In this document: piece by piece, positions 25,001 to 40,000 of the stretch
How the letters are laid out: every line of letters starts with the position of its first letter
Position numbering within the stretch: position 1 is the first letter of the stretch
NCBI RefSeq assembly: GCF_018977255.1
Contig: NW_024704742.1
Coordinates: 62,250,001 to 62,314,000, forward strand
From: Callorhinchus milii
Taxonomy: Eukaryota
Length of the DNA: 64,000 nt
Direction of reading: 5' to 3'
Notes under the pieces: model-generated
What the model saw: only the letters and a program-made list of their open reading frames with translations
Told to the model about the DNA's origin: nothing
Database searches by the model: none
Position numbers and translations under genes: made by a program

Positions 25001-28000
25001 GAAAGAAAAACACATACATTTCTGCCAGAGTGAAACTGATTTTTTTTTAACCCATTACATGAGTTAGTTGAAGAAATGTTCTCCCAGAATTCACCCACAG
25101 TATAGATGTAGCTTCATTCTTGATTTTTAAGCTGTAAATTAGCATACCACCATAAAAGTTTCTATGTGGTTTAAAGTATGACTAAAGAAGTATGCACTGT
25201 AACTACAACTTATACACAGCCATTTCCAATGTTTCCTTTTATCTGCCTTGCTTGTTTACAGTGGCAATAATCTATGGTAATATACACTTCCTACTTAATG
25301 GGCTTTCAGGGCAACAGTAACTCATTTACACACAGGAATGATAACAACAACTTGCATTTATGTAGACCTCTTCCCATGGGGCAGCAGCTCAGAGCGCTTA
25401 ACAATGACAGAGCCTGACGCTGAGCTGGGAGAGGGAGTAAGTGACCTTAAGCGCTGTTGAAGAGGAAGGTCTTCAGTCATGATCTAAAAGAGGGGAAGGA
25501 GGGGGCAAGGCAGAGAGATTGGGGGAGAGAGTTCTAAAGCTTCGGGTGCAGTGGATAAGAACAGACGTGACCTAATAAGCATTATCAAATTAAATGATAT
25601 GTTGGGATTTAACTTGGGCTCAAGCCCCAAATCAGAAATTTGAGCTCACAGAACAGTCAATTTAAATAATCAAGAATCCATCAATCTATCTCTGCCTCCA
25701 CCCTCGATTCCAGGACCACTGTTGACTTGACAGAATGTCTGTCAGACATCAAGTCCTGAATGAGAGTCAACTTTCCACAATTGAACGTCAGCAAGACCGA
25801 GGCCTTCCTGATTGGCTCAGGCCAGGACCTCCGCACCTCAGGCACTGGCAGCATCAGCACCCAGGGATGCACACTGCAGCTCACCGAGCCTGTCAGGAAC
25901 CTGGGCGTCTTGTTTGACCCTCAACAGTGCTTTCTCCCCCACATCCATGCCATGATCCGCTCTGCCTTCCCCCACCTCCGCAACACTGCCCGACTCCACC
26001 ACTGCCTCACCCCTCAGGTCGCCAAAACCCTCATACACACCTTCATTACATCCAGGCTCGACTATGCCAATGTGCTGCTTGTCGGCCTCCCCAACTCTTC
26101 CCTCCACAAGCTGCAGATCATCCAGAACTTTGTAGCTCGTGTCCTCTCCCACACCAGACTCTGTGATCCCCATCACACTCACGCTCACCCGGCTCCACTG
26201 GCTTCCCATCCCTCAGAGGATCGAGTTCAAAATCCTCATCCTCACCTTCAAGGTCCTTCATGGCCTTGCCCCTCCTACCTCTCCGACCTGCTAACCCCTT
26301 ATCAAGCTGTCCACTCCCTCCACTCAGCGGGCTCTGGCCTGTTCCGTGTCCCCTGCCTGGCCTGCCCTACCATCGGTGGTCAGGCCATCAGCCTCTCTCT
26401 GCCCCCACCCTCTGGAACTCCATCCCACATTCCCTTCGCCTTGCTCCCTCTCTTGTCTCCTTCAAGGCACGCCCCAAGACCCTTCTCTTCGACCATGACC
26501 CTCCTGACTGTTCAACGCCTAGGGACATCCTCCCGACGTGAAAGGCGCTTTACAAATGTAATTATGTATTGTATTGTATCATGTAGTGCTTGCAACACCG
26601 AGATAATTTGTTTTTGCTTGTATATTTTCTCTAATCCCTGACAACTCAAGGTGACAACTCATATTGGGCTACAGATCCACAGGCAATTGGATCTGCAAAT
26701 ATCCTTGCCGGTGATCATTCTAAGTGTGCAAGCTTTGAAAGTAATTGCCAGCAGGCCATTTGCTTCTGGGAAACTAAGACAACAGGCAGTTTGCAACTCA
26801 CACCCACAACACGCACATTATTCTGCAACGTAACAATGGACAGCAATCACGAGGAGAAACTCAGTCCCCCATATAGCCTGAGGATGCTGAACACAAGTTG
26901 CAGGTTGCTGCTCCAAATGCCACTCCAGCTGAGTTCAGCAATCTCAACACACGGCAAAGAACGAATCCATGTTGGTATAACTCCAACATGTCTCAATAAT
27001 TTTATCTACTCATCCATTGGAAGAAAAGGATTCTTACTCAGTTATTGTTAATTCAGAGAATCCAGAGCCTTTAGTGAAGCAATTAAAAAAAGTTTGTCCA
27101 ATCAATTTTCTACCCATTGCCCCTGGTCCCAGCCTCCTCATGCTATTGGTGCTGTTCTACAGGTGCTGTTTGCCCTCTCGTGTTATTGTTGTTGTTGTAG
27201 TACCTGTCCCAAGTGGCCATTGTTCATATTGAGCCTTGGTACTGGATGTTAGCAGACCACTTGACTGCAGAGGGCATCACAGCCAAGCCTAACCTCTTCC
27301 TCTATACGTTCGCACAATCAGTAGAGGGTGCTGAAGAGAACCAGGTCCACTTAACCCAGGGTATTTTAACTCCCTATCTTGGGGAAGGTCAGGAGCAATT
27401 TAGCAGCCTCCAGCTGAGATAAGTAAATTCAATACCTGACTCAATACACATTTCTATGTATAAGTGTGAGTTTAGTCAGGAAGTAAATGTCATATGACTG
27501 TTGAATTCCTTTCCCATCCAATAATTCAGTTCTGCACCATTTGGTACATAATGCAGAGGCTTCAAACAATCTTGGCAACATATGTTTTTAATTCATCCTC
27601 AATGGGTATCGCTATGTATGCAATCATATTTAAGACCAATTTAACATATGTATAGACATGATTATGTTCACAAATATATTCATAAATAATTGCCACAGAA
27701 AGTTATACTGTGGTGTTCTTGTCCTTTCGTGTGAAGTTCTCTTGAAATTTTTCTGCTTGATTGTTTTCTTATTACCGTGGGTTAATTTTATGAACAGTTC
27801 TTTCTTCCTTTGCCTTTGGCTTTGTGTCCAGAGGGATAGAATATAAAATTCGGGAGGTGATGTTAAGTTTATACAAAACCTTGGTTAGACACACATTTGG
27901 AGTGCTGTGTCCAATTCTAGTCTCCACACTACAGGAAAGATGTAGCAGAGAAGGAAAGAAAACCACATAGGTTTACGAGGATGATACCAAGGCTGGCAGG

Positions 28001-31000
28001 TTACTCCGATTAGGATAGACTGGAGAGGTTGGGCTTTATTCCACTAGAGAAGAGATGTATAAATGGGTGACCTAATAGAAGTGCTTAAAATTATAAAAGG
28101 GTTTGATAATTTTGTATTCTGTGAAGCGCTTTGAGATGTCTCAAAGATGTGATAAGGCGCTATAACAAATGCAAGGATTATTATACGGTTAACATAGAAG
28201 CATAGAATCATACAGCACAAAAAGAGGCCAATCGGCCCATCGAGTTTGTGCTGGGTCTTTGAAAAGTGCAATGTAATGTCAATCCCACTCCTCAGCCCTT
28301 TCCCCATAACCCTGCAAACCCGTCTTCCTCAAATACCCATCCACCAAGTTTTTAAAAGCAGTTATCAAATCGGCCTCAGCCACCCTTTCAGGCAATGCAT
28401 TCCACATTCGAACCACTTCGCGCAGAAGGTATTATATTTTACTAGCTGTACCCGTTGCAGCTTTGCTTGCAACCAAAGGGTCCAATATGGAATGTAGATT
28501 GATACACAGAACCGGACTCAGTGGGAAGACTTGACACTTTAAAAATGTAATTTTATTGATGTTGCTGTGCCTTAGCTTTGTCTGTGTTCTTTATTTTGTT
28601 CCCGCCGCTTGGCTACGTGTGAGCTCTATGACGCAGGATACCACAGCGCCACGGTCAGCCGACACGGCCACCAGGTGTAACTGCAGCGAAAAACGCAAAA
28701 CTAAAAATAACTCATGTACGCTAGGAGATACCCAAAAACAAATATGTACATGTCATTCCCAGGTGCAAGACCTTTCTGATGAGGTATAAATCATGTCTCT
28801 ACATCAATTGGTTATTGAGATCCTTCTTGAAGTGCAGACAGACATTGTTGTTTTATTAGTATAGATAGAAGATAGATAGAAGGTAAATACCTTGCATTTG
28901 ATATAGCACTTTTCACGTCTTTGAGACGTCTCAAAGCGCTTCACAGAATATACTGTAAAGTGAATTGACTGTGTATTTTGTGGGTGAAACACAACAGCCA
29001 ATTGCGCACATCAGTGTCCCAGAAACAGTTGTGAATTGAGTGACCAAACTATTCCTTTTTTTTCTTTAGTAAGATTGTGGAACTCACTAACCCATTAGCA
29101 GTGGCTGAAGGGAGAGGGGAATAGAGGAAGTAAAGGAATTGGTGGAGAATCATGGAATATAAACACTGATATCGACTAGTTGGGCCGAGTGGCCTGTTTC
29201 AGTGCTGTACATTCTTTGTAAATCTTTTGTTTCACTCATTCCCTATGAGGGACATGTTCAACCACAGATTTCTTGCTGATTTGCCATTCGTCTGAACCAC
29301 GCTGAGCTGCAATATGCAGTTTTGTGGTGGCTGGCTGGTTACAATGCTAATTAAGAAGTCTCACATTTCTGCTTCCTGCTGCTGAACATTTGAATGCCAA
29401 TATTTCCATAATGGAGGGCAAACCACAAGGAGAATGGTTGGAGAGCAGTGGAGTTGGAAAGGTATTGGTTACCATTATTTGTAGCCGTTTTTCCTTGTCT
29501 ATGCTTCCAAAAATCTATATTTTGCATCTTCATTTTGATAAGAGGTAACACGCTTTGAAACACTGCTGCCAAAGCTACAGCAAGCAAACATAAGCAAATA
29601 AATTGTGTCGGCCACAAAATATAGTAAATCCACTTTACAGTGTATTCTGTCTCAACGATGTGATAAGGCGCTATATCAAATGCACGTATTATTATAATAC
29701 AATAATCCTCACATTTAACAAAGTGTTTTTCACATCGGGAAGATGGGTTTCACTTTCACTGTAAAATGTAATGACTCTGTTTCGCAGACAAACACGGCAA
29801 CTAATTTACACACAGCAGTGTCACACACAGTGCAGTGCATGACTAAATGTGCTAAAATCAGCAGCATTCCAGAATATTGTGATGCAAACAGGGCCAACAA
29901 TTTCTTTTTTTAAAAAAATTAAATCATTACAATAATAATGCTATTGGAAAATCCATACATCACATCCACTCATGAGAATCTGGCTGCAAGACAATTTCAG
30001 GTCACACATGGGTTTTCCTGTGTAGCGTTTGCGTAAAGAATTTTAGCTTAGATTGGTATTTTAAGAGTTAATTTTAATTTAATTTTGCTTAAACTGTTTT
30101 GCAGAATTGAGATTATGATGAGCGTGGGATGGATATTTATTCTGTGAGCGCAGGTGAACAAGGACAAATATGGTATGAGAATTGAGAAACATTATCACAC
30201 TTGCAGTCAAAGCCACTAGAAAAAGGCAATGATTGCAATGATGCATAAACACTATTGCTAAGCTTTGCCACCATGAAACATATATTTGTAGCCATTTTAA
30301 CACTGCAGATTAATAACATTTTCATAATCATTGTATTACTATGTATTTTGCCTACAATGAAAAATTACTGAACATTCATACTGCTGTACCTTATACTGAA
30401 ATTTCACTGATGATTGTACTCTTGTGTCTTTTATGACCTTGCTAGATCCTGTCTTTTCCTTTCTAATGTCCTTGTTTCTGTACTCATATAACTTGTTTAC
30501 TTGCTGAAAATGACTAGTGTCTGTCTTTCCTTTATCTCGTCTTTGCTCAGTCTGGTATAGTTATGTGGGAAAAAGGTTACAGGATGTGAAAGATGTTCTG
30601 TATATATGAAAGATGGTCTGTGTTAGGTGAAAAGTCACTTTTCTATATGAGCTTGATTGTCTTGGGGTTCCAAATCACACAACGACTCACAAATTCTGGG
30701 TCAACAATTTGACTTAAATTAAATACAGAATTGATCTACTGCAATCAACACCTGCAGGAACCACGGTTTATGTCACAAGATACATTTTCCAGCTGTGAGG
30801 CGCCAAAGATACTATCACTTTACTGAGAAGGACATTTTCAACCCCAATATCTTCTAACGTAACAGCAATAACGTACTGAAAAAAGTGGCACATATCAAGC
30901 TCCATTTACCACTGCATTTTACTAAGACACAAAAATCAATGTAGTAATAAAAGTGCATGAAAAAATTAAGTCAAATAGTAATGCTGACTGCGTTATAGTC

Positions 31001-34000
31001 TACAGGGGTATCATATAAAGTTGAGCTCCATTGTAATGCACTCTGTTGTAACTTGGGTTCGCTTATAATGCAGATGCCCTGTAAACATACGGCGGGCTAT
31101 CATCACACTAAAAAAGGCTAAACTCAGGGTTATAAGTCACCCCGAATGCCATTTGGAGTGTACAGACAGTAATATTGACAGTGACCTGATGACTGGAAGT
31201 TGGTTGGCTTACTTCACAATGTAGAAGAACTGACTGGTAATTGTGCCCTGTTATAAGGCTGGTTAGACTCACCCCCATCACATTATAATGATCCCTACTG
31301 TAGAATAAGGTTATTTCCCTCCTCTGAAAAAAGGTTTTAATAAGAAGTGCCATCAATCCCAGATCATCCATTTCAAAGGTCAGGATTTGTACATAACAAA
31401 TAGAGATAGACGCACTCTTGGTCTTCATGGCTCCGCTCTGGATTATTGTACGCTGGTTATATGAGCAATCCACTATACACCACAGCTTTTATTTATGTTC
31501 TTTTAGACATGATATAGCTTCATTCCCAAGGGCTTGATCCACTGAATCCCTTTCTCTGCCCGATTAAGATCCTCATGGTTTGAAAGCATTGGGCTAAGAC
31601 AATGAGAAAGTAAAAATATATGATTTTTTTTTGCTTTATGAATTCTAGCCAGATTTGAAACTCAATCCAAGTAAGCTATATTTAGCTGGTAAGTTTGGGA
31701 ACTGTAGTAAAAACTGTATCCAATAATTTGCGAGTCCATAAACCATCTCTGAGTTACTCAGAGAGATTCTGTAAAACTGGTGTAAATTATTAATGATTTA
31801 ACTTCCAGCTTTGCACTTTGGTTTGAATTGGGTGAATTTTTCCTTTAAAAAATGATTGGGGAAGGTACTGTTTTTGCCTGAAAACTACACTATATTGAGG
31901 TAAAATGCTGAGATNAAAAAATACATAAATGATGGGAATCTGAAATAAAAACTGAAAATGCTGCAAGTACACAGCAGACTGATTAGAAAATTCCAATGAT
32001 TCATTGACTTAGCTTTCCCTTTTCACATTCTGGCCAATAAGTGTCAATAGTAAAATTCCATCAATCTGGCAAGAGTTTTAGTTAAAAAGAAATAAATTTA
32101 TTCCATGTATTATATTTTGTGAAGCACTTTGAGAAGTCTCAAATATGTGATAAGATGCTATATCAAATACAAGGATTATTATTATTATGATGATGTATAT
32201 GTTATTCTTCATCCTTGGTTATTGGTGTAAACACTTTTTCAAGCTAAATAATATCACAAAATAACAAGCCACCATTGTCACCTGCAAACCTATACACTTC
32301 CATACTTGACTAACTTAAAATAATGAAACTTAATATCTCCAGGTTGGTTCAAATACACATTAACTACCATAGAGCCATTTGGGGTCTCAAGGAATTACCT
32401 GACTGAACTCAGAATATCTTCTCTCAAGTAGCTGAAGCTTGGGAAGTCCATTCATTCCGCATTCATTGCCCAGGTCATTCAGATCTCTCCAAATCACTAC
32501 ACATAGGCTTAATCAACAGTCTGCATAAAAACACTTGCAGAAAAAACATTTTATGAGCTACAGCTCCAGGTTTACTAAACATCATTTAATATGTTTCAAT
32601 TAATGGAACAGGTGAGGACTACCTATGCAGTAACTTATCTGAATTGTTTCGAATAAAACGTGATTATTCTTTTATGTGTGTAGTCAGGCTCCATTACATA
32701 TGTAAGGTTTTGCTACTGAAACACAGCCCAACTAGATAATAATAATCATTATTGTATTTGATATATTGAATTTCATATCAGGAGGACGTGCAAAGCGCTT
32801 CACATGATTTACTATGAAGTGCAGTAAATGTGTATTTTGTAGGCAAACAACAACAACGATAAAATTACATTTGTATAGTGTCTTTCATGTCGGGAGGACC
32901 CGAGGCACTGGACAATCAGTGTTTTGGATTAGGCAAAGGCGGCAATTCGCACATAGCGATGTCACATGGAGGGCCATGAAGTGAATGATCAATGCTGTCT
33001 GGGGGATGGTTGGCAAGGACATCAGGAGAACCCCCTTCTCTTTTTGAATAGTACCATGGGATCTTTAATCCTGAACAGGCAGACGGGACCGCAGTTTAAC
33101 ATCTCACCCAAACGATGGGACTCTTGACAATGCAACAAACATTGCAAGTCCCGACGTGGAGCTTGAACCCACAGCCTTCTCGCCCGATGTGAAAGGTGCT
33201 ATAGAAATGTAATTTGTTGTTGTTGCTCTGACTCAGAGTTCTACCAGCTGAGCCAGGCTGACACACACAATCCAGTAATACTGGTTTCAGGTTCACCATA
33301 AAGGAACTGCCGACACAATAAGATAGCCCACTTTGTAAATGTAGAATCCATTGTATTATTTTTAGCTGATCGAATATCAAAATCAACAAAGATGAGGGAA
33401 TGGTATCACACGCTATGAAGCTAACAACTACAACAAACAACTTGCATTTATAAAAGCGTCCCTCACACAGGGCAGTGTCCCAGAGCGCTCTGCTAAGCTG
33501 TGATCAACACTGAGGTAGAGGCTGGAAACACTCAATGCATTTTCCCTCACTGTACAAGTAAACATGGCTCAACTGGTAAATATTGAACTTTCCTGGACTC
33601 ATTTCCCAAATACAGCAGTAGCAACTGCTGCCAAAGAATCCAGGAAATTGCAGGTTTTAGAAAATAAAAAAATACTGTTTTTACACAATATACAATATAC
33701 TGTAGTATGGCTCCACAGATATTAGCCATCTTCCAGCATCTCATCCAAGGGCCCATTCAAGGGGACATGAGCCCACACATGCTGTTCGGTGGGCAGAAGG
33801 GGGAAGAGTGGGAGATAGAAAAATCATAGCTGAGCTTTCACTACATATTCACATACACACACATTTCCGCAAGGCTACTCAGAAAACAATCAGATTCAGG
33901 AAACTGTCTGGTTCTCCTTTCTCTAGCCAGTAGACACTGAATTGTAGAGATTATATTGCTACCCAGAACAGCAAACTGAGCACAGGTCTGGGAATCAAAT

Positions 34001-37000
34001 CTGGGAATTTACAGGACTGTATATCTTATGTTTCTCACTGGCAGTGGCTACACTAACCAAGCTTTATGGAGGAAATTGCTCACTAAAATAATTTACAATT
34101 TGCAAACTTTCAGCCCGTACAATTATAAATGTAAAAATGACTTATTCTTTGTTGAAGAAATTCATTAAAGCAACGGAACCCCAAATCCAGCAGGTAGTTT
34201 TAATACATGAAAGATGAGGTTAAATTTGCAATCTGAATTTCCAACATAATTCTTTTAATCCTAATAGACTGGGTTTCCTTTTGTGGATTTCTTTCATTAT
34301 TACGACTCTGCAGAGCTAATGCAGAGCTGCAGCAAACAGAATATCACAAGCCACACCACCTGCTCTCAGAACACCACCACTGCTGCTTTAAGCTACCATG
34401 AAACAGAAAATGTCAAATGAAAACCACCCATCAGATATCCTTGTGTCTGTCTGGCACCAGAGCTCAGAGCAGGACAGAAACAGAACTGTTCCATGGCCCA
34501 GCACAACTGTGTTTAAATAGTCCAAGCAACAGCTTGTTTCATTACTGTATGAAAATAGGTTAACAATTAAATAAAATACTGCAGTAACACTACAAGATCA
34601 ACTGGGCTGTACAGTAGTAACTCAGAATGTGTCAGCAACTGAATGTCTGACATTATTTATATGTCAGACATACAAATAACAAAAGAAAAATCAAAATAGG
34701 AATAGGGCCACGAAAGGATGGACAAGATAAGCTCATAGGCAGCGAAAGCGAAATGGCAGAAATATTGAATAATTACTTTGCCTCAGTATTTACCAGGGAG
34801 ATAGATCAGGTGGACCTGACAGTAGAAGAAGAGATCAAAAATGATATAAATACATTTAAGATAAAAAGTGGGAGATAATTGATAAACTAACCAAACTCAG
34901 GGAGGATAAAACCCCTGGTCCAGATGGATTGCATTCGCGTATATTAAAATAATCTAGGGAAGAGATAGCAGAGGCACTATTACATATATATTAACTCATT
35001 AGAAAAGGGAGTAGTGCTATAGAACTGAAGGATAGCTAATGTTATACCTATATTTGAAAAGGGAGATGGAACAAGCCCAGGGAACTCTAGACCTGTCAGC
35101 TTAACATTGGTCATAGGAAAGATAATGATATCCTTACTGAAAGAGGTAATAGAAAAGCATTTAGAAACCAAAAATATAATAAAGAATAGTCAGTGTGGAT
35201 TTCAAAAAGGAAGGTCATGCTTGACCAGCCTCATTGAATTCTTTAAAGAGGTAACAGAAAGAGTAGACAAGGGTAATGTCGTAGATGTAATATATTTGGA
35301 TTTTCAAAAGGCATTCGATAAGGTACCGCGTAATAGATTAATGAATAAGGTCAGAGCGTGTGGAGTCAGGGGAATAGTAACAGAATGGATAGCAAGCTGG
35401 CCACAAGACAGAAAAAAGAGAGTAGAGGTAACTACTCAGACTGACTGGCAGAGAGTGGGAAATTGTGTTCCACAAGGATTGGTATTGGGACTTGGGGATC
35501 GAAAGTACAATTTAAAAATTTGCGGATGACACCAAATTGGGGGGCTTGGTTAATACTGAGGAGGACTGCAACAAATTACAAGACAGTAATACACTTGCTG
35601 AATGGGCATTTAAATGGCAAATGATTTCAATATAGATAAGTGTAAGATGGTACAATTTTGTAGGAGGAATAAGGAGGTCACATCCTGCCTGGAAAATAAG
35701 AATCTAAATGGGGTAGAAGAGCAAAGGGATCTAGGGGTACAGATACACAAATCTCTAAAAGTAGTAACGCTAATAAGGCCATAAAAAAAGCAAACCAAAC
35801 AGTGGGGTTCATTTCCAGAGGGATAGAAATGAAAAGCAGGGAAGTTATGGTAAACATATATTGAACCTTGGTTAGACACACTTAGAGTACTGTGTACAGT
35901 TCTCGTCCCCATATTATAGAAAGGATACAGAGGCACTGGAGAAGGTGCAAAGGAGATTTACAACGATGATACTGGAACTGCAAAGTTATACCTATCAGGA
36001 AAGGCTGAACAAGCTTGGACCTCTTTCTCTTGAAAAGGGAAGGGTGAGGGATGACCTAATAGAGATCTTTAAAATTATGAAAGGTTTTGATAGGGTAGAC
36101 ATAGAGAAAATGTTTGCACTTGTGGGGGAGACCAAAATCAGGGGCCACAAATATAAAATAGTCACCAATAAATCAAATAGGGAAGTCAGAATAAACTTCT
36201 TTACCCAGAGAGTGGTGAGAATGTGGAACTTGCTACCAAACAAGTAGTTGAGGCAAATAGCATAGATGGATTTAAGGGGAAGCTAGATACGTACGTAAGG
36301 CTCATGTGGAGCATAAACACTGGCAAAGACCAACCAGTTGGGCCGAATGGCCTGTTTCTGTGCTGTATAATTTATGTAATTCTATGTAACTTCAATTTCA
36401 TAGGAACAGAATGGTGCCAAAATGGGGTTATCATCTGTTGATAATGGGGTTACCATATGTCTGCCTGGGTAAGCAAGTGAATAAGTTGATACACCCAGGA
36501 CACCTTCTTTACGACATAAATTAAACTGGAAATTAAAGTTACTGGCATTTTCTCTACAATAACACAATCAGATTCACATTATAAATTATTTCTACAGAAA
36601 GTTTCATAGGGAATGATGCTGAAAGGAATCACCTTTACATTAATTCACTCAGGCAGGAAATAACCAGGAACTATTATTTTCTCCTGGTGAAAAAGAATCT
36701 TTAGTTATATCAAATGAACTGATTTGTCAAGGTTAGACCTCACCAACAAACATATGTTATCATTTATTCCATGCTACTGGTTAGATTCTATCTAGCTTCA
36801 CCTAGTCCTAAAGCAAAATAGTGAAAACAATCTTTTACTGATTGTAAGAAAGTAAATCTGGTTTCCAAGTTTTTATATTACTATTGGCGTGAAGACCATC
36901 TTTATAGGCGAAACCTTAGACAAGTTTCCTTACTCAACATGCCTCCGTTTACCTAGCAGTAAATAGGAACACGATTGTTAAGCGATTGGTGGATCACTTT

Positions 37001-40000
37001 CCGGGGTAGTAATCCCTCAAAAAAAAATTGAACACTTAATCCACAACTGTTTGTGGGACACTGCTGTGCACAACCGGCTGCTGTGTTTCACCCACAAAAT
37101 ACAGTCAATTCACTTTACAAAATATTCTGTGAAGCGCTTTGAGTCATCTCAATGATGAGAATTTTATTTCAAGGTTCATATATAGAATAGGATTCAGTTT
37201 TTTTACAGGCCATTTTATTCCTGCATGAAAACAACTCAAGTCTGATGGAGCATAAAATAAGGTCTGATGGAGCATAAAATAGATTGGATTTCAATTTCTT
37301 TGAAGCTTGTGAACCAATAAGGATTTATTGTGTACTTAGAAATAAACTGCACTAAAGAAATAAACATCAATAAATTATATTCAATATATTGTAGTCCCGA
37401 AAGATAAGTACAAGCATACACACTAGAAAAGTGATTGCAGCCTCAAAAATAAGAGCATCTGTTGATAATAATAATAATGCTTGTATTTGATATAATAATA
37501 ATAATCCTTGCATTTGATATAGTGCCTTATCAGGTCTTCAAGTCGTCTCAAAGTGCTTCACAGAATATACTGTAAAGTGAATTGACTGTATATTTTACGG
37601 GCGAAAAGCAGCAGCCAATTATGTACAGCAGAGTCCCACAGTTGTGGATTGATGACCAATTTACTACTTTTAAAAAAAATGTTTTTGAAGGGATTATTAC
37701 CTTCAGAAAAAGCGATCAATCAATCCACTAACAACTGGGTTCCTACTTGCTGCTAGGTAAACAGAGGCGTGTGGAGTAAGGAAACTTGCCAAACGTTTTG
37801 CCCTGCCCAGGAATTGAACCTAAGTCCTCTCGCTTGCGAGTGCTCTAACCACTAAGATATAGGACTACAGCGCCTTATTATGTTATCGAGACATCTCAAA
37901 GTACTTCACAGAATGTATGATTGCTGGTTATCACCCGGAGAGAGAAAAAAATACAGTTTTGAACAATTTTCTAATAAGAGATAATTTATTTAGTGTACTC
38001 GAACAAGATTTTTAAAAAAAAAACATTTAAATCTTCCATGACTTCAAATTCAGAACAGCAAGATGCATATATAAGGGAAGAGAGTGGAACAAAGTGCATT
38101 TATTGCAATATGCCATGCAACAGGGTTGTGGGACTTAGTGCATCTGATGTCAGTCAGAGTAACCTCTTGAAAGAGCTGCACTCTCATCAGTGGAATAGAA
38201 GGTTCTGGGTTTGACTTCCATGGTAGAATTTCAGCCCATGATCTAAGATTAGGTAATCCTGAGAAAGCTGGCAGTTAAACTGTGATTCTGGTGCATCAGG
38301 CAGATATTAAAGATCCAACAGCGGTGTTTTTGAAGAGGAGCACTGCTGGTATCATGGCCAATATTCATGCCTCACTGAAACTCATATCAAAAAAAGATGA
38401 ATTGTTCATTCATTTGTAGTTCACTGCAGGTGTATCAATTTAGATTGGTTTCATAATGAAATTACTGCTCTAAGATATAAATCAGCAATCTCACAGTCCA
38501 GGATGCAATGCATCAGTAGCATACTATCTTTAACCCTCTTCCCCCTTCTACTCCAACCAGAAGAACACATCTGTATTTATTATTATCTCCTTAGAACTTC
38601 TGCCAAATTATAGTCAACGAGTGTTGGCAATTCCTTCCCCAACTTGCAAAACATCTACCATTCTGTTTCATTGAGAAATTAATCATAGAAATTATAGAAC
38701 AACAGCAAAATTACATTTGTGTAAAATAGGACAGGAGGCTGTTTAGCTCCTCCACTGGACCCATCTACTTTAATCCCAAGTACGTGTGCTATCATCAAAC
38801 CTTTCATATCGTTCTTCAATTTTTTATTGAATTTTCCTATAAATATTTTTATCTCGGCTCCAAAAGTGATTTTTTTTCAAGATTTACTTGTATTAGATCC
38901 TCTCTCAACCCGTCAGCTCCAATGAAATCAACCGCATTTTTGCAACCCTATCTGTCTAACACCATTCCTAACATCATCAGATTGAACATACGCTGTGCTG
39001 TACCCTTTTCCACAGCTCTGACCTCTAGTATCTGGGAGATCATATTTCATACAAGCTCATTACCAAGGACAAATATGTCAGTGCATCTTCAGTTCATGTT
39101 CCAGTGATGCGTGTTTTCAGAAAATAACAAAGCCGTTTAGTTTGCTCTCAAGGTAACTGCATTTATACAATACTTCTGTCTCTGGAAAGACATCAATGTT
39201 TCTTTATCTCCTCCCAATCTCCTTCAACTCTTGCGAAATAGCATTCCTTGGCAAGAAAGTAAGTGACTAACCCATTTGCAATCACTTCCTCCTGAAGGAA
39301 GTACATGACTTTTTCACCAATTTTCCCCTAACTACTCTCCTGAGAGCAAGCAACTAAGCTCCTCCTTAAAAACAAAATTCACAAAACAAATGATCTGCAG
39401 GCAAACTGGGCTTCCACTCCTCAGGTAAGTCGACAAAGGTGCATAGTTGTGCACCAATTTACATTCGATCTGGTCCTCAGTGAAACACCATGCGGTCAAC
39501 CTATTGAAGGACTGGATGTGAACATGCAATCAGACTACCAGCCCATCAAGCTGACTTTTTAGGTAACTGTTTTACTGTAATTAAACTTGGATCATAACTC
39601 CAATGTAAATAAACAAAATAAATACCTAATAAAATAAATTTGACTCGTCAAAATCCCTTAAAGCATTACACAAGGAATTGTTGTCAAGTGTAGTGAATGT
39701 GTATTTGTAGGCAAACATGGCAGCCCATTTGTATACAGCTAAGTCCCACAAGTTGAAGTGAAATTTATTTGGGGCCAAGACTCTGAGAGAAACTCCATTC
39801 TCTTTTTGAATATTGCTATGGGATTTTTATATCTGCCTGAACTGGGAAATGGGATTCTGGTTCAACATCTTAAGGATGGTGCCTCAGCAAGTTCAGTACT
39901 GCACCAAAATGTCCCTTTAGACAAGAGTTTTTATTTATTGCTTGAAGTATTCTGCTGTCGCTAGGCATTGAACCACTTTAAAAATCAATAACTATTTTTT

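Noticed and set aside
25760..26641. Longest ORF (293 aa) as a host gene
   Set aside because: It is an L2 ORF2 C-terminal remnant that frameshifts into non-coding sequence.
31915..31915. Single N base
   Set aside because: Sequencing ambiguity with no biological meaning.
37240..37281. Direct repeat gtctgatggagcataaaata x2 (CRISPR-like or regulatory?)
   Set aside because: Only two units with no spacers; an ordinary local tandem duplication in eukaryotic DNA.
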